From a virus: a DNA stretch of 64,000 nucleotides. Location of the stretch: the IMG/VR virus record IMGVR_UViG_3300042922_000600, positions 11,239-75,238 of that record, one strand, 5' to 3'. Shown piece by piece: positions 20,215 through 30,064 of the stretch (position 1 is its first letter; each line of letters starts with the position of its first letter). A program made the translations under genes and the position numbers. The notes under the pieces were generated by a model. It saw only the letters and a program-made list of their open reading frames with translations, was not told the DNA's origin and made no database searches.

Positions 20215-20637
20215 GTGGTTTTTATGTCAGGAGTAATAGTTTTAGATGGTAAGATAAGTAAATTACCCTACCCGCTGTACCCTAAATTTAAGAATACTTA
20301 CACAAAGGGCTATAGATTTCATATCCCACCCATAGTGGGCCCAATTAACTTTCAGTTAGGGTCACCCGGTACCATACTTCCAAATTCGGAACTCGAACTA
20401 CTGGAAGTTACAGTAATGCAGAGTGGATTTGATGATATGGATTACTGGTCACTGTATATAGAGGATTCCGTTATTTTGGATACCATATATACAAAGGAGC
20501 TGGGTCAAATAAAGACACTTAAAGGTGTCAAAAGAGTTGATTTTGGTCAGTCCTTGGAACTTAGATACAACAACGTATCGGGAACATCTAAGGTGATATG
20601 GGTTGACTTGGATTTTATGTCAAAGAATTTACCATAA
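20215..20637 (+). CDS. putative virion protein
   Basis: beta-rich; NVSGTSKVIWVD. Confidence 0.55.
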   Translation: MVFMSGVIVLDGKISKLPYPLYPKFKNTYTKGYRFHIPPIVGPINFQLGSPGTILPNSELELLEVTVMQSGFDDMDYWSLYIEDSVILDTIYTKELGQIKTLKGVKRVDFGQSLELRYNNVSGTSKVIWVDLDFMSKNLP

Positions 20638-20653
20638 TTAAGGAGGTATTATA

Positions 20654-21640
20654 ATGCCAAAATGGATTACAGGTTACACAAACGCAACTAACTTTCTAAG
20701 GTCCATACTTACGACAGTAACGGATGCCGCTCATGGAGAAGACGCTTGGGCAATTGCCTACCCAGTAGGGGGTACACTACAAGAACAGATTGACGCAGTG
20801 GTGGACAAATTCGTAATTAAGACTACTACCACAGGTGGTGCCACTGTATACGTGGAATTTATGAAACCCGCAATGGTCACAGTGGATGCAGTGGAAGAAC
20901 CAAACCACTACATGGTTAAAACTAGATTCGGTCATAGTTATGACGCAGTGACAGACACTTGGTCTGCAGACAATGTAAGTGAGTACGCTGACTGGGCATG
21001 GTTTAGACGAAATACGGAGGCCACTGTTAAGGGATGGTTACCAGTATCATTCTGGATGTACTTATCCAAGGACACAATTGCTTCAGTATTAATGGGAGAC
21101 CCGAACGCTAACTTTGATGACTATTTAATATCATTTGGTTATTTTGGAATGGTTAAGGGATTTGAGGGAGCTGACCCAGACACAGAAGGCAATTTCGGAA
21201 TGACAGTATCCAGTGATGTCGTTCCAAATTACCCAAGAACTTTTGGGGATAAGACAGGCAATGCAGTAACTGATGTCTGCATGCTTAAGACCCGTTCAGG
21301 ATACCCATTCCAGGCACATGTGTTGAGTATAACAACTCCGGATGAATTTGTTGATAAACACATTCTAGGACCTTCAAATTGGACACACAAGTATCACATG
21401 TCACCTGCTTATATGTGGCACGGGTTGGATGGTTACAGAGGTGAGCTAGATGCCATAATTGTAACAGACAGAAGTTCTGTTGTTCATCAGGACGAGCTTA
21501 TTATCAATAAGGGTTCAGTGGACCCAGAAAAGCCAGAAAAAGTTTATAAGTATTTTGCTCTGAACGCTCCATATTCTATGTTTAATAACTCTTCAAACGT
21601 TCAATATGGTGTTGCAATACTTAAACCAAGCGTCGTATAA
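20654..21640 (+). CDS. abundant virion structural protein, resembling Bacillus phage curly-fibre proteins
   Basis: strong RBS, own terminator, SNWTHKYHMSP...DGYRGEL motif (family recalled, not searched). Confidence 0.55.
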   Translation: MPKWITGYTNATNFLRSILTTVTDAAHGEDAWAIAYPVGGTLQEQIDAVVDKFVIKTTTTGGATVYVEFMKPAMVTVDAVEEPNHYMVKTRFGHSYDAVTDTWSADNVSEYADWAWFRRNTEATVKGWLPVSFWMYLSKDTIASVLMGDPNANFDDYLISFGYFGMVKGFEGADPDTEGNFGMTVSSDVVPNYPRTFGDKTGNAVTDVCMLKTRSGYPFQAHVLSITTPDEFVDKHILGPSNWTHKYHMSPAYMWHGLDGYRGELDAIIVTDRSSVVHQDELIINKGSVDPEKPEKVYKYFALNAPYSMFNNSSNVQYGVAILKPSVV

Positions 21641-21643
21641 AGA

Positions 21644-21664
21644 CAAGGGGGTCATTCCCCCTTG
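21644..21664 (+). terminator. hairpin / terminator
   Basis: caagggg/ccccttg stem. Confidence 0.55.
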
Positions 21665-24600
21665 CTTAATATTTTAGGGAGGAATGGTTATATGAATTAT
21701 GGTAATTTCTTTGAAGAACTATTAAAGTCAGGCAAGAATTTTAACGCATACGGAATATCTTTTCAAGGCGGCTACGACAATTCATACTCATTTTCCTTCC
21801 TGCCCACGGCCCTTTGGAAATACCTTTATTTTGCATACTTACCATTTGAAGAGAGGGTGGGGGACGTATTCAACGGAATGCTACTACTGGATAGAAACAT
21901 AGAAATTGAAGCCATTGGCAGGCAATGGGGGATGATGTTAGATAGAATGAACGGCAAAGAAACCAAGCTTGGGCATAGTCTTATGTCGAAGAACAATGAC
22001 AGGCTAGCACGCACCCACAATGCTTTGCTGACAGATAAATCCAAACTATCCGAAATTTTTAATGTTCTGCACGCTACTAAAATGAAGGAAGTACAGAACG
22101 AGCTCCTTAAACAGGCAATAAAAACGGAAGGTGCATTTAGCTTACCCCTTATGGGAACACTGGAGCTGGACAGAATTAAGGCTTGTATGGGCTATGTAAA
22201 CAGCACTGGGTTGCCCATGTTAGTAATAAATAGGGTATTATACATCAGCAGGATGTTGGAGCTCGGAAAATTAAATTTTGCCCACGTAGATAAGGGTATT
22301 GATGGTATAGAAAAATCAAATGCGGAATTGATAGTACAACGTATCAAGTGGCAAAACTTATTTAGAGGGCTACAGGAAATCTTGCTTACTCATATTGAGA
22401 AATCTGGAAGGCTTAAAGTTACAGAAATTATGGAGGATGCCCTGATAAGTGGATTGAGTGCGACTGTAGACGGGGTGGTGTTAAATGAATTCTTAGAGTA
22501 CCTCAATGGTGCTACTGCAAGTAATACGGAAATATTTGTTCCAACCACTAATATGGAATTGGGAGCTTACCCGGAAAAGGAAATGGGAACCTTACTGGGC
22601 CTAGAAAATCCTGGGGAAATAATTAAGCATCTACAATATATAGGGAAGGGCCTATTGGGCTCAAGTGAGTTAAAAAATGCACATATAGAACATGAGAACT
22701 ATACAGGCTCCTGCAATATGAGAGAGGCTAAGCTGAGTGTAATTGGCTGGGTTGAGCGAGCACTGTACCAATTGATAGTGGATGATATCTCATATGGCTT
22801 GGAGGGTGAAAGTGAGGCTACACTAATCAAGGATATGTACTCACTGCAGGCAGAAGGGGAAGAATTTATTTTATCCACTTATACAGGAATTAGTAAGTCA
22901 GAGCGTGAGCTTGCCTTAGGGGACATAGACGTGGGCACCATAGAGCAGTGGGTTGATGCAATTACTGAGTTATTAATTCTAGACAGTGGGACCGACAGAG
23001 AGATAAAATTAGACAGACTGATTGACTCCTACATGAGCACAATTAGGGAAATTTTGAAGACTCATCAAGTGTCAGCTGAGCTAAGATATACAAGACAGGT
23101 ATTTACAGGCAGGGAAATGATGGGACTGTACAGGAAATTTAAAGACTCCACTGTACCACAGGGATTGGATAGGTATTTAAAGTTCGGAAAGGAATTTACT
23201 ATACAGAAATACCTACACAGTGCCACAGTGTTGATGAGGGAGACGATAATAAACCTACCCCCGAGCAAGCTGGCTAAATCGCTTAAGGATATGTCAGTAC
23301 TGCAATCTGGTGTACTTAGCACGGAAGTAAAATCAATATTTCAGGAATTGCTGGCAAGGTCTTACATGCTGTCAAAGGAACAAAAAGGCATTATAAATTC
23401 CAAAATTGCAGGCTATGATTTCTCAAATAAAATGCCATATATCATACGTGGCATGCTTACGGGGGACACAGAGATTAAGAAATTCACACAGGCCAAGCCA
23501 TTCGAATTGCTTGATAAAACGCTTAGGCAACTAATAGCACAAGAAGGATTAAAGGATTCATCCACCGTGGAGCAGAAGGAACTGTTTATTGATTACTCGA
23601 TGTACCATTTGGATGATAAACTAAAAAAAGAAATTGCACGTCTAGACCTAGAATATCAGTCGGATAGCAAAGATAGAGATGCTTTACTTCAAGAATTTCT
23701 TATGGAGTTTGAAAGGCAGATGGTGGAGATGCGGATTGTTAACAGACTGCATCAATTGACAAGAAAAGAAAAAGACTCCGTATGTATTAAGGACCCAGTT
23801 GAGTTGGAGAAACAGTCCAGAGACATTGACCTCATAAGAGACAGTAATAGAGTTCTAAAGTCTTGGAGAAAGCTATACATAATGCATATAGGCGCCCAGT
23901 TTAGGCAGTTAACTCAAATAGATAGAACACACATCGGGCATGCGGATAGGGGACCACGTGAATTGCTTAATTTAGTAATCTTGTTGCAACTTAACCAAAA
24001 GCTGAGAGAGGCAGATGGTGGGGGTCGACTCATAACCGTAGTGGATGACGGAGAGTATTTGATAGACCTAATTGAAATGCAGGAGCGCCTAGATAAGTTA
24101 GACAAGCCCGCACCACAAATTAGGAACTTGATACACGGAATTGAGGTGGAGGAAAAAGAGCTCTTGCGTTTAAGCATAGACAAACTCCTGCAGGGCTCCA
24201 AGGAAAGACTTACATTTGTGGACAAAATCTACCAACTATCGGACGATAAAAGAGAGCTGGTGTCTGTATTCCATGAACTACTTTTGGAACGTGACGGAAC
24301 AGAGGAACTGTACCAACTTGGGCAGGAGCTGGTGGAGAAAATAAAGAACGGGTTAACTTTGGATGATGCAGAGTTGGATAAGCTAAAGGAAGTCACAGTG
24401 GAAATTGGGTTCCTATTTGATGAGATGTACAGAAGGTGGTACTTTATGCCCAGCGATGGTCCATACGATGACCCGCTTGTACCAAATGAGAATTGGGACT
24501 ACATAAATAACCCAATAAATGGGTTTATGGAAGACCCCTTACCGGGAAAGGAGGAGGGCAGGGGTAGAGTCCTTGTTGATTTGGATATACTCAAAAATGT

Positions 24601-25039
24601 AATAGATTTCATGGAGCTACTGTTTAGAACAAATTTATCCGGATACGCAGGGTGTACGCCGGAACAAGCAATAAAGCATTTTATAACAGCAATGTTTGAT
24701 TGGCTCGACCATCAAATACCGGACACAGAGGATAAAATTCCAGAGTTTTACCCAGACGACTATGATAGATACAACAATCCAAACATGGAGGGTAGGCAGG
24801 ACTATTGGAAAATATTTAGACACGTAAGATGGTATTCTGAAGGTATTTTAAATAATATAACGGAATCCGAGAAAACGGGCTTAAAGGGGGCTAAATATGT
24901 AAGAAGCATTATTGATAAAATGATTGAGTATTACAAGAGCCACCACTCGGATGAAGACTTAAAGCTTGACAAATTTAAAGGCTTTAGGAGAAGAAGTATT
25001 CAAAAGAGTAATAAACTATTAAAAAAGGAGGAAATATAA
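21662..25039 (+). CDS. large fibre-like virion protein (true start probably 21692)
   Basis: 1125 aa with a long quasi-repetitive centre; GGAGG lies before ATG 21692. Confidence 0.6.
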   Translation: MLNILGRNGYMNYGNFFEELLKSGKNFNAYGISFQGGYDNSYSFSFLPTALWKYLYFAYLPFEERVGDVFNGMLLLDRNIEIEAIGRQWGMMLDRMNGKETKLGHSLMSKNNDRLARTHNALLTDKSKLSEIFNVLHATKMKEVQNELLKQAIKTEGAFSLPLMGTLELDRIKACMGYVNSTGLPMLVINRVLYISRMLELGKLNFAHVDKGIDGIEKSNAELIVQRIKWQNLFRGLQEILLTHIEKSGRLKVTEIMEDALISGLSATVDGVVLNEFLEYLNGATASNTEIFVPTTNMELGAYPEKEMGTLLGLENPGEIIKHLQYIGKGLLGSSELKNAHIEHENYTGSCNMREAKLSVIGWVERALYQLIVDDISYGLEGESEATLIKDMYSLQAEGEEFILSTYTGISKSERELALGDIDVGTIEQWVDAITELLILDSGTDREIKLDRLIDSYMSTIREILKTHQVSAELRYTRQVFTGREMMGLYRKFKDSTVPQGLDRYLKFGKEFTIQKYLHSATVLMRETIINLPPSKLAKSLKDMSVLQSGVLSTEVKSIFQELLARSYMLSKEQKGIINSKIAGYDFSNKMPYIIRGMLTGDTEIKKFTQAKPFELLDKTLRQLIAQEGLKDSSTVEQKELFIDYSMYHLDDKLKKEIARLDLEYQSDSKDRDALLQEFLMEFERQMVEMRIVNRLHQLTRKEKDSVCIKDPVELEKQSRDIDLIRDSNRVLKSWRKLYIMHIGAQFRQLTQIDRTHIGHADRGPRELLNLVILLQLNQKLREADGGGRLITVVDDGEYLIDLIEMQERLDKLDKPAPQIRNLIHGIEVEEKELLRLSIDKLLQGSKERLTFVDKIYQLSDDKRELVSVFHELLLERDGTEELYQLGQELVEKIKNGLTLDDAELDKLKEVTVEIGFLFDEMYRRWYFMPSDGPYDDPLVPNENWDYINNPINGFMEDPLPGKEEGRGRVLVDLDILKNVIDFMELLFRTNLSGYAGCTPEQAIKHFITAMFDWLDHQIPDTEDKIPEFYPDDYDRYNNPNMEGRQDYWKIFRHVRWYSEGILNNITESEKTGLKGAKYVRSIIDKMIEYYKSHHSDEDLKLDKFKGFRRRSIQKSNKLLKKEEI
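22129..22181 (+). repeat. dispersed element, copy 3 (inside a CDS)
   Basis: TTACCCCTT 30 nt before AGAATTAAGG, identical spacing to copy 2. Confidence 0.65.
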
Positions 25040-25040
25040 C

Positions 25041-25349
25041 ATGCCAGTTGAGTACAGAAGAGTAAAGAATTTTGGTGTATATGTTCAAATGAACTACACT
25101 GTGGAGTCTGGTGGAGAGGAAAATTTCTTTTACTATGGCGGGGACATAATGGATTCTATGCCCGGAGCACCATACTCCAATAAAATGGTTGGTACAGGCT
25201 CAGAGCATTGGAAATTAGTAGCTGAGATTGACTCGATTGTTGACGCAATTCGAGAAGTTAAAAAGCAGGTTGCATTGGGACATACATTCCAACGTATTAA
25301 GTTGGAGCAAAGAGTGCAATTAGATGAGAATTTTGAAATTGTGGTATAA
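25041..25349 (+). CDS. hypothetical protein, paralog A
   Basis: aligns end to end with 25364-25669. Confidence 0.7.
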   Translation: MPVEYRRVKNFGVYVQMNYTVESGGEENFFYYGGDIMDSMPGAPYSNKMVGTGSEHWKLVAEIDSIVDAIREVKKQVALGHTFQRIKLEQRVQLDENFEIVV

Positions 25350-25363
25350 AGGAGGAATACAGT

Positions 25364-25669
25364 ATGCCAGCACATAGAAAGGTAAAACAGTTTGCAGTAT
25401 ATTTGAGAACCCACTTTGTTGATACGAGTGGCGACCAAACAGTGTATACCTATTTTGGTGGTACCGTTTATACTTCAGAGAGAGTAGATGGTACCTATAA
25501 TACAATGAATGGAACAGGAAAAGAGCATTGGAGAAACGTTTTGGAAACTGACTCACTTGATGAGGCAGTTGGTAAAGTCAGGGAGTTGATGGACGAAGGA
25601 CACCCACTCTCAATGATTCATTTAAACAGAACTGTCAATATGGAGCAGTACTTTAAAATACTTTCATAG
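25364..25669 (+). CDS. hypothetical protein, paralog B
   Basis: shared VK.F.VY, GG, M.GTG.EHW..V.E.DS, GH motifs. Confidence 0.7.
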   Translation: MPAHRKVKQFAVYLRTHFVDTSGDQTVYTYFGGTVYTSERVDGTYNTMNGTGKEHWRNVLETDSLDEAVGKVRELMDEGHPLSMIHLNRTVNMEQYFKILS

Positions 25670-25695
25670 AGATATAAACAGAGAGGAGAGATAAT

Positions 25696-26808
25696 ATGCC
25701 CAAGCTTAATAAAGTTTTAAATGGACTAATGTTTATAGACGACTTTAATTCAACATCATTAGGGATGGAATATACCTTATCCTCCTCCGACCCAGAAAGA
25801 TATTCTTTAACGGAAAGACCTGGATTTCTTAGACTTAAGCATGGGGAAGACACATTCTTAGTGCTGTTGGATACACCAGATACCGACTTTGTATTTGAAA
25901 TATCCAACAGCTACTTGCCCGCATTGGAATCGGATTTTTCCGGCATAGTTGCATGGAAAAGTATGGATGACTATGTGGAATTATTGGAATGGTATGATAC
26001 AAGCCAGGACACTGCAATAACTTATCCCTACATGAGACTTGAAAAAGTGGGGCTTTCCTACACAGGATATGGTAGCCAGGATGGCAGTACATGGTCTTTG
26101 ATTGGGACCATAAAGATGGTTGGAGCGGGTAAGATAGGGTTAGTAATAAATGGGCCCTTGGAAGAGGAAAGCGTTCCATTTGACGTGGACTATGTAAAAC
26201 TATTTAGAAACAAGTATCTGCAGGTAACTAATCTTAACACAGGTTATGTGGTGCAACTACTTTCCATCACTTCTGATTTACTAGAAGAAGTTATTGTGGG
26301 AGCTGAGAATGGTGCAAAAGTGGATTTAACCAATTATCTATGTCCCTTTGATGCCAACTTAAGAATCGTTAATGCCTTGGGAGAGGAACTTCTATATTCC
26401 GAAATACAAGTACAGCAGGGTGATATTTATTATTATGGAGACGTTCTTGACGTCTACCGCATAACGGATGAGGGGGAGGAACTGTTACTACCCACTCAGG
26501 ACATTTCTCTTGGTACAATGTCCAATGGCAACATAGCAAAGAAATTTAGAATTCATAACAGTACGCCAAACACCTTCCATAATATATCGGTGGGTGCAGT
26601 GCAGTATGATACCAATTTTGGCTACCAATGGGTTACACTTGCTGAAGATGTGGCAGGCGTGGCGGGTGCATTTGTAAATCCTGTGGAGCTGGGTGACCTA
26701 CCTAGTGGGGAATCCAAATACTTTTGGGTTAAGGTAACACGAGACACAAATCATTTAACTGCATCTGTAGACCCATACAGGTTTGCTTTAATTGTAATGA
26801 ATGATTAG
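25696..26808 (+). CDS. ConA/beta-xylosidase-C-like lectin-fold virion protein
   Basis: DDFNS.SL, SLTERPGFLRL, Y.GYGSQDG.TW, FDVDYVK. Confidence 0.65.
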   Translation: MPKLNKVLNGLMFIDDFNSTSLGMEYTLSSSDPERYSLTERPGFLRLKHGEDTFLVLLDTPDTDFVFEISNSYLPALESDFSGIVAWKSMDDYVELLEWYDTSQDTAITYPYMRLEKVGLSYTGYGSQDGSTWSLIGTIKMVGAGKIGLVINGPLEEESVPFDVDYVKLFRNKYLQVTNLNTGYVVQLLSITSDLLEEVIVGAENGAKVDLTNYLCPFDANLRIVNALGEELLYSEIQVQQGDIYYYGDVLDVYRITDEGEELLLPTQDISLGTMSNGNIAKKFRIHNSTPNTFHNISVGAVQYDTNFGYQWVTLAEDVAGVAGAFVNPVELGDLPSGESKYFWVKVTRDTNHLTASVDPYRFALIVMND

Positions 26809-26823
26809 TAAGGGGGTGATTTA

Positions 26824-27702
26824 ATGGGTGGCAGTAATTTAAGAATGTCCCAGAAGCAGACAAATTTAATAGATGGCGACCACCGTAGACTGTTTGGAAG
26901 GACTGCGGCAGAGCAACACCCAATGGATGCCATATACAGACTTTTGGATAAAAAGCCACTACCAGATGTATTGGACGAAATTAGGGCAATGGGGAGTAAC
27001 TTAGTATTTGAGTATTTCCCAACTGTAACTCAAGGTCAGACAACTATAATGCTTACCGACTTTTCCTACAATCCAGTTCTGGACAAATTGCTGGTTATAA
27101 AGAATGGGATGTTTGTTTTTGAGGGCATTGAAGAGGATTACATCCAATCAACCGAGACGGCGCTCACGTTCAACTACCCTCTTAATTCAGGCGATAAGGT
27201 GTTTGTAATTTTAGGGGGTACACTAACTAGCGAAACGTTTGGAAGTGTGGTACACGATGGAATTATAAAGTTTACACAGCTAAAAGACGTACCCAATAAC
27301 TACAGCGGTATGTCTGGGAAGGTTGCTACGGTGTCCGACAATGAACTTGGAATTGTGTTTAGAACAGCAAGTGCAAACACTGCATTGACTGAGGTAAATG
27401 GTAGCCAGTTTGTTGCAAATGCGGGTTCCTATGTTGGTTGGTTACAATTTGTTCCTATGGGGATGATAAAGGGCATTAGGCTAACACCAGCAGATGGCTA
27501 TGTAGGGCAATTTGAACTAAAGATTAAAACAAAAGATTCCGGTGGTAAGTGGGTTTATGCATCTGGATTAGTGGACAATATTTTGTGGGATATAATGGAC
27601 ATACCATTCATTGATGAATCCGGTAGTAACTCCATTTATATAGAAATAAGCAACAATGGCAATGACACAACTTTTGAATTACAAATTTATGTTATCGAAT
27701 AA
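26824..27702 (+). CDS. tail fibre-associated protein
   Basis: QHPMDAI, L.V..NG, FTQLKDVP..Y.G motifs typical of fibres. Confidence 0.6.
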   Translation: MGGSNLRMSQKQTNLIDGDHRRLFGRTAAEQHPMDAIYRLLDKKPLPDVLDEIRAMGSNLVFEYFPTVTQGQTTIMLTDFSYNPVLDKLLVIKNGMFVFEGIEEDYIQSTETALTFNYPLNSGDKVFVILGGTLTSETFGSVVHDGIIKFTQLKDVPNNYSGMSGKVATVSDNELGIVFRTASANTALTEVNGSQFVANAGSYVGWLQFVPMGMIKGIRLTPADGYVGQFELKIKTKDSGGKWVYASGLVDNILWDIMDIPFIDESGSNSIYIEISNNGNDTTFELQIYVIE

Positions 27703-27716
27703 AGGAGGAATGTAAT

Positions 27717-28250
27717 ATGGCATCTTTACCACCAATCGTACAGTGGTGGAATGAAGCAGAAACTGCCCAACAGGCGCAATGGGACGCCGGGGTTGTAGAT
27801 GCAGGTAGTGATAGTATACCTACCGTATTCCACGTATGGAACAATAGAGCTGGAGTATCAGCTGTAGCAGACATGATAAACGTTGATTTGACCGTAAGGG
27901 ACATAAATGGTCAGACTACAGACTTAAGGGTAGCAGGACAAACAGAGGCAATTGTGTCCGCCCAATTCTTTGATAGTGCTAAATTAGCAGGTGCAGGACA
28001 GTGGGGAGCTATTAATGACACGACAGGACTTTGGGAGGGTGACTATTGGAGGTCACTAAGACATGATGATGCCTGCCCAGTGATTTCCTGTGCAGGTGAC
28101 CAACGTACAATTTTAGGACAAGCCAACACAGGAAATGTTAACACAGACAAAGGAAACTATGCTAAAATAAAATTAAAGTTATATGCAAAGCCTACTGCCG
28201 GTGCAGGACAGGTGGACTGGTTAACTAGAATAAGTTACCAATATCAATAA
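27717..28250 (+). CDS. virion structural protein
   Basis: WD.G.VDAG..S, VWNNR.G. Confidence 0.55.
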   Translation: MASLPPIVQWWNEAETAQQAQWDAGVVDAGSDSIPTVFHVWNNRAGVSAVADMINVDLTVRDINGQTTDLRVAGQTEAIVSAQFFDSAKLAGAGQWGAINDTTGLWEGDYWRSLRHDDACPVISCAGDQRTILGQANTGNVNTDKGNYAKIKLKLYAKPTAGAGQVDWLTRISYQYQ

Positions 28251-28255
28251 GGGAG

Positions 28256-29008
28256 GTGCTGTTAGTGAATTGGGTAGCACATATGAAGGATGGTACAGTT
28301 GTTAAGGAATCGGAAGAGATACACTTTGGCATGCTTGACATGGAGGATGTGGAAAAATTTAGAATTACAGAGTCTGGTGGTAGCATAGCAGTACCGTTTT
28401 CCAGCGACAGTGGAATTATCCGATTCACTAACTTGGACCTACAGCAGATACAGGCATTGGATGACAAGGCACAACTGACGTTTATATTTGACAAGAAGAA
28501 TGGGTTTTTTAAATTGGATAAAGAGTCTTTACAACTTTATGACACGATTATGCTAAAGGATAAAACTGCCTATTACTTTATAGAGTTTGACCAGTCGGGT
28601 ATTTTTAACGTAAATGGGGAAATTCTGTTTGCAGGATTTGAATATGAGGGGCAGGCAATTGAATTCAAGGAACAACCCCCCTACAATAGCATAATCCAAT
28701 ATGCGAATGGGCTCTCAGAAATAAGGATGAGGGGTAGTAAGCCAATCAACAAGAATGAAAAGACGCTTAACTATGTCATAGGCTACACAAAAGAGCATAA
28801 GCACAAAGATTTAACATTCAATTTAAAATATGAGATTGTGTATGACCTGATGAATAGATGTGTAATGCTGGACTTAATTATATGCTGTAATAAGGGCATT
28901 TCCGGTAAGATATTTTTATCCTATGGGGGCAAAGTATCCTCCATACCCGTTAAGTTAACGGAAAATAGTCCAATGCAAACTAAAAGAGTCTTGAGTGTGA
29001 TAGGATAA
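28256..29008 (+). CDS. hypothetical protein
   Basis: ORF within the fibre module. Confidence 0.55.
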   Translation: MLLVNWVAHMKDGTVVKESEEIHFGMLDMEDVEKFRITESGGSIAVPFSSDSGIIRFTNLDLQQIQALDDKAQLTFIFDKKNGFFKLDKESLQLYDTIMLKDKTAYYFIEFDQSGIFNVNGEILFAGFEYEGQAIEFKEQPPYNSIIQYANGLSEIRMRGSKPINKNEKTLNYVIGYTKEHKHKDLTFNLKYEIVYDLMNRCVMLDLIICCNKGISGKIFLSYGGKVSSIPVKLTENSPMQTKRVLSVIG

Positions 29009-29022
29009 AGTGAGGTGAGTAC

Positions 29023-30048
29023 ATGGCAGTAATTGGGCAATCTCTACCAAACCCGGAAGCCGGATGGAGGAGATATCAGGAAACTGAAAAAACTATAAGC
29101 TATGAGGGAGCAACATTTACATCTGGATTCGGGTGTTACTACGTTGCTAATATGACAAGTTCAATTTTTGTAAAATTCAATTTCATTGGGGACAAGTTGA
29201 GGTTACTTGGCAGGCGTTCCACAAATAGATGTACCAACAGCCTAGTAATTGATGGGATGTTAATTGATACGTTTACACAGTGGGACGCCAGCTTGGTTGA
29301 GATTGGATTGGATTATGAGCTGTTAAACCTACCTTATGGAGAGCATAGCGTCATAATATCTGGAGATGGAACAGGTGCATATTACTTCAATGCTATAGAT
29401 ATAGATGTAAATGGTGCGTTATTCCCTCACAGAGAAATCACACCATCAGTAAACAGTGCGGTCATAGTTGACCCCAATTACCCAAATGATAGCTTCTACG
29501 GACAGCCATTGCATATGAACAGCACCTCTATTATACTATGGAAGCCAGAAGTAGCGGGCAGTGGTTATTTGGAGCAGTTTATGGCAAAATTAGGCTTAGC
29601 ACAGTTGCAGGCGGCTGGCAGTATTAAAGTGGGTAAGATAGCTGAACCATGGGACTTGGATACAGTAACCTACACTAATTGCCCTAATATAATTCTACCA
29701 AGAACTATTGAGTTTCTTGAGGGCAGTGTTTTGGAGTTTGATTTATCTGATGTGTACGGATTGTATGGTATTGCTTTATGGGGCAATGAGTTCCTTGTGA
29801 GCACCATTACTCACTCAGCGGAGTGGGTGCCCACTCGAATGCTTCTACCCGAGAAGATTCATGCCCGTAAAGTTATTTCCTTGAACTGGTTACCCATTTT
29901 AACGGACGAGTTCTTTAGAGGACTTGCGTTAAAGCGGGATGGGGTAGAAATTTTTGAGACGTCCGATGTAGAGATTACATCATTTCTGGATGAGACGGTT
30001 TCACCCAACACCAATTACACATATGAAATTGAAGTGACATTAAGTTAA
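29023..30048 (+). CDS. adhesin-like protein (CBM-like N-terminus, DNRLRE-like middle, FN3-like end)
   Basis: IGQ.L..PEAGWRRY; W...TVTY; DETVSPNTNYTYEI. Confidence 0.6.
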   Translation: MAVIGQSLPNPEAGWRRYQETEKTISYEGATFTSGFGCYYVANMTSSIFVKFNFIGDKLRLLGRRSTNRCTNSLVIDGMLIDTFTQWDASLVEIGLDYELLNLPYGEHSVIISGDGTGAYYFNAIDIDVNGALFPHREITPSVNSAVIVDPNYPNDSFYGQPLHMNSTSIILWKPEVAGSGYLEQFMAKLGLAQLQAAGSIKVGKIAEPWDLDTVTYTNCPNIILPRTIEFLEGSVLEFDLSDVYGLYGIALWGNEFLVSTITHSAEWVPTRMLLPEKIHARKVISLNWLPILTDEFFRGLALKRDGVEIFETSDVEITSFLDETVSPNTNYTYEIEVTLS

Positions 30049-30064
30049 GGGGGAGGTGAAATAA

